Of a DNA stretch of 64,000 bases, positions 11,610 through 23,799 are shown one piece after another. The number at the start of each line of letters is the position of its first letter. Positions within the stretch are counted from its first letter, which is position 1. Below the pieces are notes generated by a model. It ran no database searches and was not told where the DNA came from. It saw nothing but the letters and a program-made list of their open reading frames with translations. This stretch comes from Callorhinchus milii (lineage: Eukaryota): the NCBI RefSeq assembly GCF_018977255.1, contig NW_024704743.1:100752001-100816000 (forward strand), in the 5' to 3' direction. The position numbers and the translations under genes are program-made.

Positions 11610-12020
11610 CTCAAACTGAGGTTTTTCATCAGACTTCTCTGAAGTTTGCCCCTTTGTGTCTGGCTGGTCCTCCTGCCCCCAAGCAGAAGCAACGCCCTTT
11701 ATGCTCTCAGTGACCAGCTGATCCACTTTGGGACTTCCCATCTCTTTCTCGTCCACTGTGGTTTCTACCATCATCACGGAACTCAGTCCCCCTTTGTCAT
11801 CAAAAGAGGGAGCTGTGCTCTCCTCTGCTATCGCAGCTATTGCAGCCCTCTCAACTCCTGCCAGCGTTGCACACAATGCAGAAGCATCGCCACTTGCATG
11901 CACATCCACCACACGAGTCTCCTGCATCACCATTGTCTCCTGCACAAGCGTCTTCTGCTCGTGCAACTCTTGTGTCATCTCTTTAGAACTTTCTTCCCAT
12001 TCCGTCTTCATTTCAGATTT
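11610..12020 (-). CDS. EPB41L3: U3 exon, 411 nt: KSEMKTEWEE...VQETMVMQETRVVDVHASGDAS...EKPQFE
   Basis: tgctag|AAA ... GAG|gtaaat; phase 0-0; VQET..RVV.HASGDAS and KP.FE motifs of 4.1B. Confidence 0.92.
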
Positions 12021-12909
12021 CTAGCAAAGGAAAACGGGAGCCATGTTATGACGACGCAAAATTATATCTAACGATTTCGCTACAATGACTGCATATAATG
12101 AACGAATACAATACTATGACTCACATTAGGTCGTCTAAACAATGCATACCAAGGTTGTGCAAAAAAAACACACGCTTTTCCCTCAACATTGAAAATCTAC
12201 ACAAGCATTATACATTGCACTCAAAATGCAGTCAGTGAGACACTGGACCCAGCTAACCACATTATAATGGTATTTCCGTCTGTACAAAATAGAAAATAAA
12301 AACAGAGGATGGAATTAGTTCTGTGGGCGATGGGTTACAGACTGGCTGAAAGCCCAGCCTCTGATGGTATGGTGGATAGGATGAGGGACATGAAGCAGCC
12401 CAGCGATGATATTAATCACCTCCTAACTTATAACTTATACCCTATCCTCCAAAACTCTTGCACTTACTGGCTGCGTTGAATCGTGTGAAATGATGCGATC
12501 TGTCGACGCATGGAACTTACTTGGCTGCACTGAGTTGTGGAAAACTTAGTCTTGATCCATTGCCACATACGCAGAAGAACATTTCTCACGATTCAACGCG
12601 ATTCCAATGCTTTCCAGTAACTGCGCATGCAGTGATGGGTCAAGACATACTTCAGTGGGAAACATAGTCTTGACCCATCACCGGATGTATGCACTCTTAC
12701 CAGCTGCAGTGACGAACTACTGTATACGCAACTTAACGGCTGCATTGAATTACACAGGCGGCATTTAGATTATTGATTAAATCAGATTTTATACAAATTA
12801 TACAGTTTGCCTGCAACTCGGACTTCACCTAAGTCAAATTAAATGTTATAGTCTTGACTGATATGACTTACTTAAGTTTTATTGTAAAATCCTTGGAGAA
12901 TGTCCAGTG

Positions 12910-13347
12910 ACCTTTCACCAGACTACTATCTGGGTTGAAGGGTTTTAACTATGATGAGAGATTATATATCTTAGAACAGAGGGGCAATTTCATTTGAGTT
13001 AATCAAAATAATGAAAGGAATTGGTTGGATGGATGACAACCGTTTCCTTTGGTAGAGGGATCCATTACGAGGGTGTGTAAGATTAAAATAATTGCAAAGA
13101 TTGATTAGAACAAAGGTCAAAGGAGCATTTCTTCACACAGATGGTTGTGAAGATATTAAATGCTCTGTCCCAGAATAAAGATTGCAAATTGACATCAGTT
13201 AAAGTGATAGACGGATGCTTGGTTCGTAAAGTTATGGTGCAAGGGCAACGCACTGGGAATGAAAGATAAGTCAAAATTTAATAAACTGATAAGGCAGCCT
13301 AGAAGGCCTAAATGGCCTCCTTCTGTACCTGTTTACCTATGTTCCTA
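12910..13347 (+). mobile_element. Degenerate CR1 3' fragment
   Basis: tttcttcacacagatggttgtg..aatgctctgtcc; cctaaatggcctccttctgtacc..ctatgttcct tail. Confidence 0.7.
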
Positions 13348-13628
13348 ACCTGCACCCAACTCTATTCACCTACCTGATGAGAAGTCTGCATCTGATTGTG
13401 TACCCCACCTGCACAACTGCTCCAAGCAATCGAATAAATCCAGAGACTTCATTACCCAATCCAAATTTACAATATAAACTTTAAGACGAGGACAAATTAA
13501 GACAAAAACAGATAGCTCTATAACCGATCACGGAAAGTAGAATGGGAGTCATACCATAGGTAAATATCTAGCAGAGGCCAGACACTTCCCCTGGGAATGT
13601 AAGGTCAGCTCAAGTCACTTTCATATAC

Positions 13629-13688
13629 CTCGTTGTGATTGGTTCCAAAGCAGCTTTGGCTTAGTTCCACACGCATTTCCTCACCTGC
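13629..13688 (-). CDS. EPB41L3: Candidate 60-nt exon: AGEEMRVELSQSCFGTNHNE
   Basis: ctcttctaaaggcag|GCA ... GAG|gtatat; open, phase 0-0. Confidence 0.35.
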
Positions 13689-13951
13689 CTGCCTTTAGAA
13701 GAGCAACAGGAGCCGATGGTGTATGTGTGATAAAGGAAGAAGCAACGTGGCAAGACACAATGCTACCTTTGCCAACCTCCACTCAACATGTTAGCCCTGG
13801 TAGATTTAAGGTATGATGTGCAGCACCACATATTACAGGCAGAATATGTTAAGTTAAGAAAGATAAGCTATAGTTAAGAAAACGAAAAAGAAAACACTGG
13901 GGTGAGGGCCCACTTCGATGCAGTTACTTTCTGGAGAGAATGAAAAGCCAC

Positions 13952-14074
13952 CTGAGCCCAGCTGAATGATGAAGCCGCGGCCCAATCCTTTGAATCGATT
14001 TGTTTTCGTGTGGACTCTATTAGATTGGAGACGTCTATGTTTTTTGAGGTTACTTCAGAGCCAGACTGTTTTGT
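13952..14074 (-). CDS. EPB41L3: U3 exon, 123 nt: TKQSGSEVTSKNIDVSNLIESTRKQIDSKDWAAASSFSWAQ
   Basis: acgcag|ACA ... CAG|gtggct; phase 0-0; same length and motifs as 4.1B TKQSSGE...LLESARK...SWVQ. Confidence 0.88.
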
Positions 14075-14676
14075 CTGCGTAGACACAGAAAGTCAACATA
14101 TAAAGGTAAACACACGCACAACATTACGTTAATGGTGGACAGACCAACAGATAGATAGATAAAAGCCGATAAAATACACAGATTGAGAAGTGACACAATA
14201 AGCAACAGGACGTGTGAGGTGGTGGGGGGGGGGGGGGGGCAGACAGAGAGCAAAATAAAAGTCTGGAAAAATACAGAAGCAGAAGAATGAAAGAGGTTAA
14301 TATGTGAAAAGGAACATCTCAGTGATCTTATTAGGTCCAGAAGATGCACAAAAGAATCTCTAACGAATTCAAGCTTGTGCAATCAAGCTGCCAGGGTGAG
14401 AGGATGGCATTTCCATTCAGTGTAACGCACAAGGGATTCAGCCTGCCAATGTCAGAATTTTAAGGGGATTGTGCCTAATTTAACAGCCAGGAATGCTTGA
14501 AATAAAAATTACAAAACTCTCTGGGAAGGGGAGGAAGGACCAGTGGCTGGATCCAAGCAAAACAACAAGTAAATGTAATGTAACTTTAGCCGTTGAAGCA
14601 CACTGAAGCCAAGTGTTGCCTGAAAATCATGCGGCATTCTTTGCACTCGGGCAGTCAAGTCAAAGGCAACAGTTAC

Positions 14677-14925
14677 CAATATTTTTGATCCTGGTGACTC
14701 AGTAAAATAGTGAGCAGTAGCAATGGTAAACACGGGTTCCTCGCTATGTTTCCATTTGGCCATCGAGAACTCATCCATCAGTATGGTTGGCTCCACATTG
14801 TGACCTTCAAATCCTCTTTGTCCAGGAGCTTCTTTAGGTCTCATGCTACCTTGAGCACCATCTCTCTTTGAGTCTCCCTTCCTTGAACCGTGAGATTCTT
14901 CCGATACGAAAAGTACATTTTTCTG
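14677..14925 (-). CDS. EPB41L3: Candidate U3 alternative exon, 249 nt (246 with NAGNAG): QKNVLFVSEE...KHSEEPVFTIATAHYFTESPGSKIL
   Basis: Lies in ORF 14509..14955; aaacag|CAG|AAA tandem acceptor, TTG|gtaact donor, phase 0-0; acceptor position uncertain. Confidence 0.65.
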
Positions 14926-16703
14926 CTGTTTGACAGATGACATAGAATCTACCAATGTTTATTTTTATTCTGATCAATATATGCTTGTCTGTCTATCATT
15001 AGCTCTCCTTGTCGCTGGACTGATCAAGTCAAATTGCTTGGGCATCCTGTTTTGATATTCCTCTCTTCCTTCCTCCCAATTAGAATACCCTATATCTGCA
15101 ATATATTAGAAGCTAATTTACATTATTCCTTAACCAGATTGCTTAAAAGAAATCAGAAGCATGCATGCGGAAATTCCTTTAAGAAAGGCTGTTAAGGAAA
15201 ACTGCAGATTGGGATACCAATTGGCTTTTCTAGAGCACTGACTTTTTCCATTTTGTGTGTTTTTTTTCTAAAAATAAACCAAAGTTAGCTTTAAACTATA
15301 TCACAAGTTTATGCTTCTGAAATTCTATAAGTCCCCTTTGGTAGACATATAGCCCTTGTCATAACCAACTCCTCTACGTTTAAAATACAAATTTGCATCA
15401 GGATCTGTGCATGGTTGGACGGAGGTATTTTCAGAGAAGTGAAGCCTTTAGCAAACATCCCATCCCTTCCATAGTTTTAAAAGCCTTCGTTTCTGCTACT
15501 CAAGGGATTTTATGCACAATGCAATCAAAGGCTTTAACTGCATAAGCTTTTGGTGCTGGCTCTGATTTTATATTTTACCTCAAAATGGTAGCAAGAAAAT
15601 ATTCAGGGCATATTTTCATCATTCATTTGTAATAACAGCAGTAAGAGTTCTGGGACTCCTCTGTATTCACTATTTCAAAAGGTGTGGATGGATTAAAGTT
15701 GCATAGGGAATGGTAATTTCCTCACAGCACATCCCTTCATGGAATCAAGTTTATAAATATTTGAATAGGTACAATATAAAGATGATACAAATAAAGCAGG
15801 GAATTTCAGATTGGAGCTCCAGTGGTTGAGTTTGCACTAACATAGCCCTAATGGGCCAAATTGCTTGCTTCTGTGCTGCATTTTGGATGATTCTACGAGT
15901 ATCTGAGATTGACTGCAGGCTCTTTTCTTTTTTTTCCCGTAGGGTTGAACTGAATGCTTAGTGAAACCGAAATCACACTGCCTACAACCAGTCTCTGGAC
16001 AGAACCTAAAACAATCAATGTCACTGGGGCTGAAATGGCATTCACTGGGAAAATGGCAATTTTCTCGGACTCAGCTAAAGGGGCAATGTAAACTGAAAGC
16101 TTGCCGTTTTCCCGTTAGACTACTTAGGTTATGTAACTGGTTCATAACAGTTTTAATTTAACACATTTAATATTTAAGTAGGTAAATTATGTCAAGACTG
16201 AAGGTAAAGCACAGGCATACGATCTGAACAAATCACTTGATTTTTAAGTTAATATTCTGGCATAACAAAGGCTGAAAAAGTGAATAAACTAAACCATTAA
16301 AATCATAGCGTGAAATAGGTAACGGCAACCTATTATGCTGTAGACTATTAACATTTTTTTAAAGCCAAACAACAACATTCATGCATTATATAATGTCAAA
16401 GAAACATATGAAAGTGCACCACCAGTTGGCTACAGATTTTAAATAAAAGAAAATGTTGCTTTACAATATTAGTTAGTTTGTGTTTGGCTGAGTCCTCAAA
16501 GAACTCAGAGTCTGGGAGAGTCTGGGACGCTGTGTATATCAGACCACAACATTCCACCCAACTCATTATTTGAATGCTTGAGCCTAATTGTAAAGCACGT
16601 CTTTGCTACTCGTCTGAAAGATAGATCGTGCAAACTTCAATTCAACTCTGTAGTCAAAAAGTATACGAAAATATAAGAAATATTATTTGTTAAAAGTAAT
16701 AAC

Positions 16704-16811
16704 CTCTGGGGACGATAGGACAATCTGCTTGACCACAGTTTCATGTGACACCAGGGTGCTCTGACCACCAGGTGTCAGCTCCTCTTCCACCTTCTTCTCC
16801 TTTTCTCCGGA
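16704..16811 (-). CDS. EPB41L3: Candidate U3 alternative exon, 108 nt: SGEKEKKVEEELTPGGQSTLVSHETVVKQIVLSSPE
   Basis: tttttcttattag|TCC ... GAG|gttatt; open, phase 0-0, purine-rich (ESE-like). Confidence 0.6.
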
Positions 16812-17340
16812 CTAATAAGAAAAATCAACAGCATATAAAAGCAGGGTTAAGCAATAAGTAAATTGTGTCCTACATTTTACCTCTCCTGTTTCAAGAACAC
16901 AACATCCCAGAGTCCTTCCGACTCATCCCCACTCAAAGCCTGCTCAGGACTTACCTCTTTGACTACTTTGGGTCATCAACCCCCTCCCACTCCCTACACT
17001 CTTCAGCTTCATCTAAGTCATTTCATACACTTTAATGGACTGTGTGCAGTTATTTGATCTTGTTTCCACTTCCAGCAGTAGCAATGCAGCTGCAACATAC
17101 ACCAGCAGTTAACCACACTTTGCACTTATCCTCAATTAAGGACCATCTGTGGATCTTTTTATCTTTTTACACAAGAAAGATGTGTGTGAGACTGGAGCAC
17201 TTGTGGCCACAATCACACCAGTGAAGTCACTTTGGCGGCACTCAAAGAAGTGTTTTATTTGCACACAGATCAAAAGAAACTATCACCGAATGCATAGTAC
17301 CAAAAACAAGATAGTCTTCAAAACATGTTGAATACAATAC

Positions 17341-17448
17341 CTTTGCTGCTTTTTCGTCCGCTTTCACCACTAAGATACTCAGACCAGGAGCACTATGTTT
17401 ATCTTCGGGTTTGCTTTGTAGCGCTCCTTCAGCTTCCTCTTTGGTCGG
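17341..17448 (-). CDS. EPB41L3: Candidate U3 alternative exon, 108 nt: PTKEEAEGALQSKPEDKHSAPGLSILVVKADEKAAK
   Basis: tggcag|CCG ... AAG|gtattg; open, phase 0-0, charged composition; no homology recalled. Confidence 0.65.
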
Positions 17449-17629
17449 CTGCCAGTACAAAACAATTCAGTGACTAACGTATAAATTAACTCTCCAAATT
17501 CTGTTAAACTTAAACCCTGAGAAAAGGGTCAGAACATTCACAGTACACAGTTATGTTACTTCTCAATGCTTATTTAACACCACAGAGCATAACACACCAA
17601 AAATAAAGTGGGGAGTAATGATAACGATT

Positions 17630-17915
17630 TACATTTATATAATGTCCTTTATGTAGGACAATACCACAGTGCTTCATTGTCACGGTGTCGGGCACTGAGC
17701 AAGGGAGGGGGGCAGAGGAAGGGAGTTCCAAAGGGTTTAGGCGTAGTTGCTGAAGGCTCACCTCGCCAATAGCGAAAGGGACAGGCAACAGGCCTGAATT
17801 AGAGGTGGTGACCAGAGCAGGGGAGTGGGGAGGATAGGATCAAAGAAATAGGGAAGTGTTGGGGCAGGAAGAGGTTTATACTTCAGTGTAAGGAGCTTGA
17901 AATCGATCTATTTGG
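17630..17915 (-). mobile_element. Degenerate L2-clade LINE 3' fragment
   Basis: gagttccaaagggt..gctgaaggc..ccaat and ttgaaatcgatc motifs shared with the L2 copies at 33575, 42670 and 61030. Confidence 0.6.
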
Positions 17916-18210
17916 GAGACCACTGGGCGTTAGTTGTAACAACTTATTCAATACACTGATATCCCCTTTTAAGGTATGTAGACTTTGCAATTGATATGTC
18001 TCAAAGTGCTTCAGAGTTTTCAGAAAATTGTAGCGACTGTGTAATTGTAGGCAAAATTTAAGACAGAGCTATTTATTTTATTGGCTGCATAAGGGTTGAC
18101 GCATGGGGTCAGTGACTGAATAATCTCCAGCTGATGGCCTCACACCTGTGCACGCAGCATTGAGATGTAAAGAATGGCAACCCCCTCCCTCTCATCCCAA
18201 CATGAATTAC

Positions 18211-18399
18211 CTCCTCAGGCACAAGGGGTTCAATCATAGGCAGATCCTCCGTCTTCGAAAAGGATCGCACAGGGGAGGCAGATAGCCTTTTTTCCCATTC
18301 GTCGGGTCCGCTTTCTGATGTAGACTCCAGGAATGTCCGTTTCATCTCAGTTATGTTGGCATGGTGCTTAACCACCTCGTCCTGAGTTTTGTCAAAGTC
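18211..18399 (-). CDS. EPB41L3: Spectrin-actin-binding (SAB) exon, 189 nt: DFDKTQDEVVKHHANITEMKRTFLES...EWEKRLSASPVR...PMIEPLVPEE
   Basis: ggaaag|GAC ... GAG|gtaatt; phase 0-0. Confidence 0.95.
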
Positions 18400-19749
18400 C
18401 TTTCCATTGAAAAGGAAAATGAACCCACGTCATTCCAAGGCTACAACGTTCTAACAAAGTGATTACGCCATCCGCTTTAAAAAGTAGTGCACAATAAAAC
18501 AAAGTTCTTGAACTTCAGTTGAGTAACATTTGCTTTACGATTCTACATTTAAAAGCTAATGGTACTAACTGAAAACCTATTAAAAGTATAGGTTGTTAGA
18601 ATATAGAATATAAACCAGGTTGTCTTAGGTTTAGAGAATTTGTCGAACAATGTGATCAGGTTGATCAAAAGCATCTTAAAAATCTGCACTAACAGTTTCC
18701 CCCAATGACTTAGTGTCCTAGTGCTAGTTGGAGTATTTTGCGTTGAGTTAGTTGATCTCAGCATTTGGGTGCTACTGTTGACTTCATTGCTTTTGGTTTA
18801 GGGGAAAAAAAATCAACCACAGTTCCTGGACATTTTTATCAAGTATCCATATTTGTAGACACTGTACAACTGGGTCGCAGAAGGTCCCTGGGACACTAAA
18901 GGAACCTCAATTCTAAACATACATGCTCAAATATAGTTTAGTTGGTCTTAGCATTTGAAAATGAGAACTCAATAAGTAAACGACCACCACATTCAATATT
19001 TCAAAACATATACTGTGTTATCCCCAAATTATGCCATTTATCATGTTTCTGAACTGAAATGAAGTAAGTGAATTAGCCTTGCATTAAATTCTTCAAACAA
19101 GTGGTCTGTATATGTTAAGGAAAGGTCAGTGAATACACTCAATTGTTAAAAATGACTGTCCAAACGCCAAGAACAGAAATAACTAACATGATCTTTGCTT
19201 TTAATGGGGGCCCTTAAGAAAATACATTCCAGCATTAAACCACCTCACAATAGATGGCATTAACAACACACAGCGATGCTTTATTTTAGTGCTGTATAAT
19301 GTATGAAGGAACATGTGATTTCCCTCAAGAAGATTGTTACTGCAGTTGGGTCAGGACAGTTCCACGTCATGCAGTCAATAACACAGCACCACAAGTCAAA
19401 GGAATCAGCACTACACAGTGAGGCGCTCAATTCACACAAAGATACAAACCTCTAACATAAGATTACCATGTTTGACATATACATTTTCACCTTTGATTTG
19501 CTTTACAAGACTATTCTGTAAAAAAAATACAAAAAACATGGAAAAAGCAGCAAAAGAACACAGAAATGAATATCTGAAATAAAATGCCTTAAAAGAGAAA
19601 CAAATGGATGTAAGGTAATATTATTTAAATAAAAGAAGCAAAGCATGAGAGCATGGAGGAAATCATCAAAAAACAAAGACGAATGGAGAGGAATAATTCA
19701 GACCAAGAGACTACACAATCTATTCTTTTACATGAACATTTTCTGGTAC

Positions 19750-19785
19750 CTGTGACTTGGATTCCATTTCATCCTCTTGATCCGA
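19750..19785 (-). CDS. EPB41L3: Micro-exon, 36 nt: SDQEDEMESKSQ
   Basis: taccag|TCG ... CAG|gtacca; phase 0-0; resembles 4.1B SDQEEDAELKAQ. Confidence 0.88.
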
Positions 19786-20861
19786 CTGGTAGCATAAATG
19801 AGGTGTAAAAAGCAAAGCTTTAGCAAAACCTAATCATGGGCAGGCACTGTGTCAACACACAGATTTACAGATACATGAAGTCCCCACTCCCTCTGCCAAA
19901 GTTACAATTAAATCATGGTTCAAATGTTTTACAAAACATTTGGTGCAAGAGCATTGGATTCCCCCACATAAACAGACTGGTCGCTTGACTCAAGAGAGTG
20001 ACAAAACTACAGAATCCTTTTAATAAAGCTCAAAAACAGATCTTATTGTAATCATTGTGTCAGACTTGTAGTCTACAGTCATTTCGGACATTGCCAACTC
20101 ATGAATGCATTTGGATAAATCGTCTATCTCACAACTACCACAGCACATAATACATTGTTCAGGACATTTCAGACCGTACACCCAGCTGCAACTTCATATT
20201 CTGTAAATGTGCGTGTGTTGGAGGAGAGGAGGAATAGGAAAGAAAGAGGATGTGTGGGAGGGATATATAAATGAAACATCTGTATGTGATCGGGACACAA
20301 ATGAGCAGCACATTGTTTGAATAGTGTCAAATCCATAACTGAATGAGATATTCTAGAACTAATACTCATTCCAGAAAAGTAAGCTACAAAGCAAATAAAG
20401 GCTTGCCCTCAGCAAACTCGAAAATAGAGACCGGTGTCAATATAAAGTTTTCTGTAACAGTGCAATGTGAGAAACTGAGACAACAGTTTTCCAACTGGTC
20501 AAATCACTAAAAGTAGCACAAAGAGAAACATTTGAACTGAATGCATCCTCCAAATAATTCAGTATAATATAGTCCTTTGGCTAAACTGCTGCAGTAGTCA
20601 ATGCTTTTGAAATGAATTTTAAGTAACCTCTTTATAATCAAACATAGTATAAATTTAAAACTTTTTCTTTTAAAACTGAAGCTTTCTGTTTCCAGCCATC
20701 ATCCTGTCAATTTTAGCAATGTAAAGTCAACCAACTTGTGGCTTGTGGTAAACTCAGATAACTGAGAAGGTAAATCACTGGCAAACAGTTCACCACAATA
20801 AAATGTAAACATGGTTTAACAACAAAACAAAGTGCAGAAATTCAGCTGGGAGGATATGGAA

Positions 20862-21029
20862 CAGCTGTGGCCAACCTTTGGCCCACGGAGTCTTCAAAAT
20901 GCGGTCCCCAAACATTTGCACGAGTCAAGGTAAGTCTGTGTTCAATCGGGAGTGTGTTTTCAGTTTTTTATAAAAATTTAATCAACAAAATGTATTTTGT
21001 TGGCCGACTACAAAGGTTGGCCACCACTG
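20862..21029. mobile_element. Non-autonomous hAT-like MITE, 168 bp
   Basis: TIRs cagctgtggccaaccttt / aaaggttggccaccactg (16/18 complementary); TSD not clearly preserved. Confidence 0.7.
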
Positions 21030-21338
21030 ACAGAGCAAGCAAATGGACATTGCAGCTTCTGTACATTTAAGGGCAAAAACAGGAAACCATATGGCATCAG
21101 TAGCACAGAAAACTCAGGTCATAATGTTGTTGCGTATTGTCTGTGTGTGTATGCACTGAAACAGTGTTTGCTCTGTGCGCATATACTGAAAGTGTGTACT
21201 GCTGTGCATGCATATAGTGAGAGGTTACTCTACACTAGTAACTACTGTTGTTTGGGAAAGTGTTGTGAAACATTAATCTTCTGACAATAAAGTTTCTTAC
21301 ATTCAATCTAATTAGAACTGGTCTTGTGGATGAATCAT

Positions 21339-21575
21339 TGGGGACAATTTTAACCTGCATCTTGATTTATTCTTTATAGCATTTCAGAGCCTCCAGAATT
21401 TGGCAGATTGTTGAATTCAGTCTCAACATTTTTTTGTGTGTATTTCTTTTATTTAAAAATTACAGTAAACAGGCTTCAAAATTAAGTCTGTTTTTAAGAA
21501 TTTGCTAAATTTCTGGACGCTTTGAAATGCTGCATAAATAGAGTAAACCTAGACACGAATGGAATTTCTCTCCGT
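21339..21575. mobile_element. MITE-like element with long imperfect TIRs
   Basis: agcatttcagagcctccagaatttggcagatt is complementary to aatttgctaaatttctggacgctttgaaatgct. Confidence 0.65.
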
Positions 21576-21625
21576 AGGAACACCCAAATAAAAAAGATTG
21601 AAACAAATTGAAACAAAAATAGATG

Positions 21626-21709
21626 AGATCAATAGCACATTGCAAGGAGACCCAATCTACCACACAAAAGTGTGGTAGATTAGGTCTCCTTGCAACGTGC
21701 TATTGATCT
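21626..21709. repeat. Near-perfect inverted repeat, 40-bp arms, 4-nt loop
   Basis: agatcaatagcacattgcaaggagacccaatctaccacac aaaa gtgtggtagattaggtctccttgcaacgtgctattgatct. Confidence 0.95.
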
Positions 21710-21982
21710 TGTCTGCGTGCATTGCAGTTTTCTTGATTTTTTTGAGCCAGTTCTTCTGCTGATCTTGTTGGGCAGGGCTGGCCTTTTCTCATTCTAGTTC
21801 AGAATAAGGCCTCTTGTTATTTTGTTTCTGCCAACGAGAAACGTGAATGACTTCAAATTGTCTGGCATCCCGCGGCAATATTAGTGCCAGACTAAAAACA
21901 GCATTGGTTTCAAGCCCTCAGACAAACAAGTGAGATGAAGGTCATTTCCATGGATGTACACAGGCTGGTGGAATGTACAAAC

Positions 21983-22039
21983 CTCCGCAGTGGTTTCCCC
22001 ATCAGCAGGGCCAGTAGTGTCAGTCTGCTCACTGTCGGT
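21983..22039 (-). CDS. EPB41L3: Small exon, 57 nt: TDSEQTDTTGPADGETTAE
   Basis: atatag|ACC ... GAG|gtttgt; phase 0-0; resembles 4.1B TDSERTDTAADGETTATE. Confidence 0.9.
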
Positions 22040-23799
22040 CTATATTGTGCCAAGATTCCAGTAGGAAAGCAGGAATAAAAAATACATCAGTCTCATCAGA
22101 AACACAAGCTTGATATTCAAAATGCCCCATTCAGATTGTTCATTGTGCCTTAAGTTCAATGAAAAAAAATGTTTTCCATTTTAAATGAGCATGAAACCAA
22201 TAAGAAACTAAAAAAAGGCTCTGAGGAATAGATTGTAGTCTCTTGGTCTACAGCAAAATGGAAATAGCAAGTTACAAAAGTTTGAATGGAAATTATTTTC
22301 AAAAAAATCATTGTTTAAAGGCCAAACCAAAACTACATTTGAGATCTACTGTTATTTTATTTGATAGCCAAAGAGTCACATTTATTAACAAACACACAGA
22401 TGATGCTGCACCGAGAAACATCAATTTAAGCCCATTCCAAGTGTGCATGCAGTGAAGGTCGCCTTTGCAAAGAACGCAAAAGGTTGATAAGCTCCATATA
22501 ATTTTGGTTGATGGCTGGACTAAGCACACAGTACTACTTTATCAATAATGTATCTCAAATGAGTATGTTCTGAGGTGCAGCCAACACACAGCACACACAG
22601 AAAAAGGCACAGTTTTTCTGTCTGCTGCAAACATAGTCGTGGCAAGAGCTAGTTTCACATGCAATCATAAGACCTTATACTGCAGAAGTGTATAAAATTT
22701 TAAATGGGATTAAAAAAGTAAACCTAGAACAATACTTTCAGATGCAACAACTGCAGTAGAATAAGAGGTTATAGACTTATAGTTGTGAAGGGCAATTTCA
22801 GGACAGATAACAGGATTTCTGTACGGAGAGGATAATCAAACAAATGATTGAAGCTGCAATGGGAAGATGTTACCTTCAGTATTCTGCAAAGATGAAATCA
22901 AATGCTCCGAAGGGCACTCTTAATCTTAACCAATCTTGTGGTCGTGTGCAGTTTTAATGTAGATTTAATAAACTGACAAATTGATTTATTACCTAAAAAG
23001 CTAAACATGGATATCTAGTCAAATCTAAGTTTAGAAGAAAGCAAGTTCTTATTTAGGGATGAGAGGAGGGGGAAGTGAATGCGACTGGTTGCACAGTTTT
23101 TGAGATACAAGATTGATTTGATATGGTTGCAACTTAAATGGATTACGATTTTGTAATTAGCCATTTATTTGTTTTAAAATAACAATGCAGCTCATTTACA
23201 CCAGAAGCAAAGGTTACCGAAGAATTATTTAGTCACTGTAAAAGTAGTCTGACTTTCAGGCCCTCATATGCACCAATCCTTTCTTTTTTATTCATGTATT
23301 TGCATAAATAAGGGTCTGGTCGCATTCATATTAAGACAATTATTCTTGTACAGTCAAGTGTACAGCAGTCATTAAATAGCTTCATTCCCAATTCTGAGGT
23401 CAATAACCTCACTAGATTATGCCCTAAACACTGTGTTGCTCTACGCCCTTCCATTTAGACATAAGCTGCTCAAAACATTCCTCTGAAGAGCAAAGACCAC
23501 TGAGTTGCTGTTATTTTATTAGTTGACTGCATATTTATATATTTGCCTACATTTTTTGAAATCTGCTCCCCTTCTGTATATATAAAAAACTTCATATGTT
23601 CATGCACAGGAAAAAACAAAATGTAATAGAATCCCTTCCCCCTGATTATGTAGCACTTTTAAATTCAAGAAGTTAACAGCTCAATATGACTTCCTCAAAC
23701 GGTGAGATAATTACCCCAGAGGCTATTCACATGACAGTGAGAGATACTGATCCTTCCTCTGTCAGTGTATGTATATACTGTGCACTCCTCAAATACCTT

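Noticed and set aside
11646..12071. Plus-strand ORFs (141 and 98 aa) overlapping the 411-nt exon
   Set aside because: Antisense shadows of the real exon
14960..15100. 5' extension of the 249-nt exon to an acceptor near 15095
   Set aside because: Stops occur in all three frames before joining the ORF
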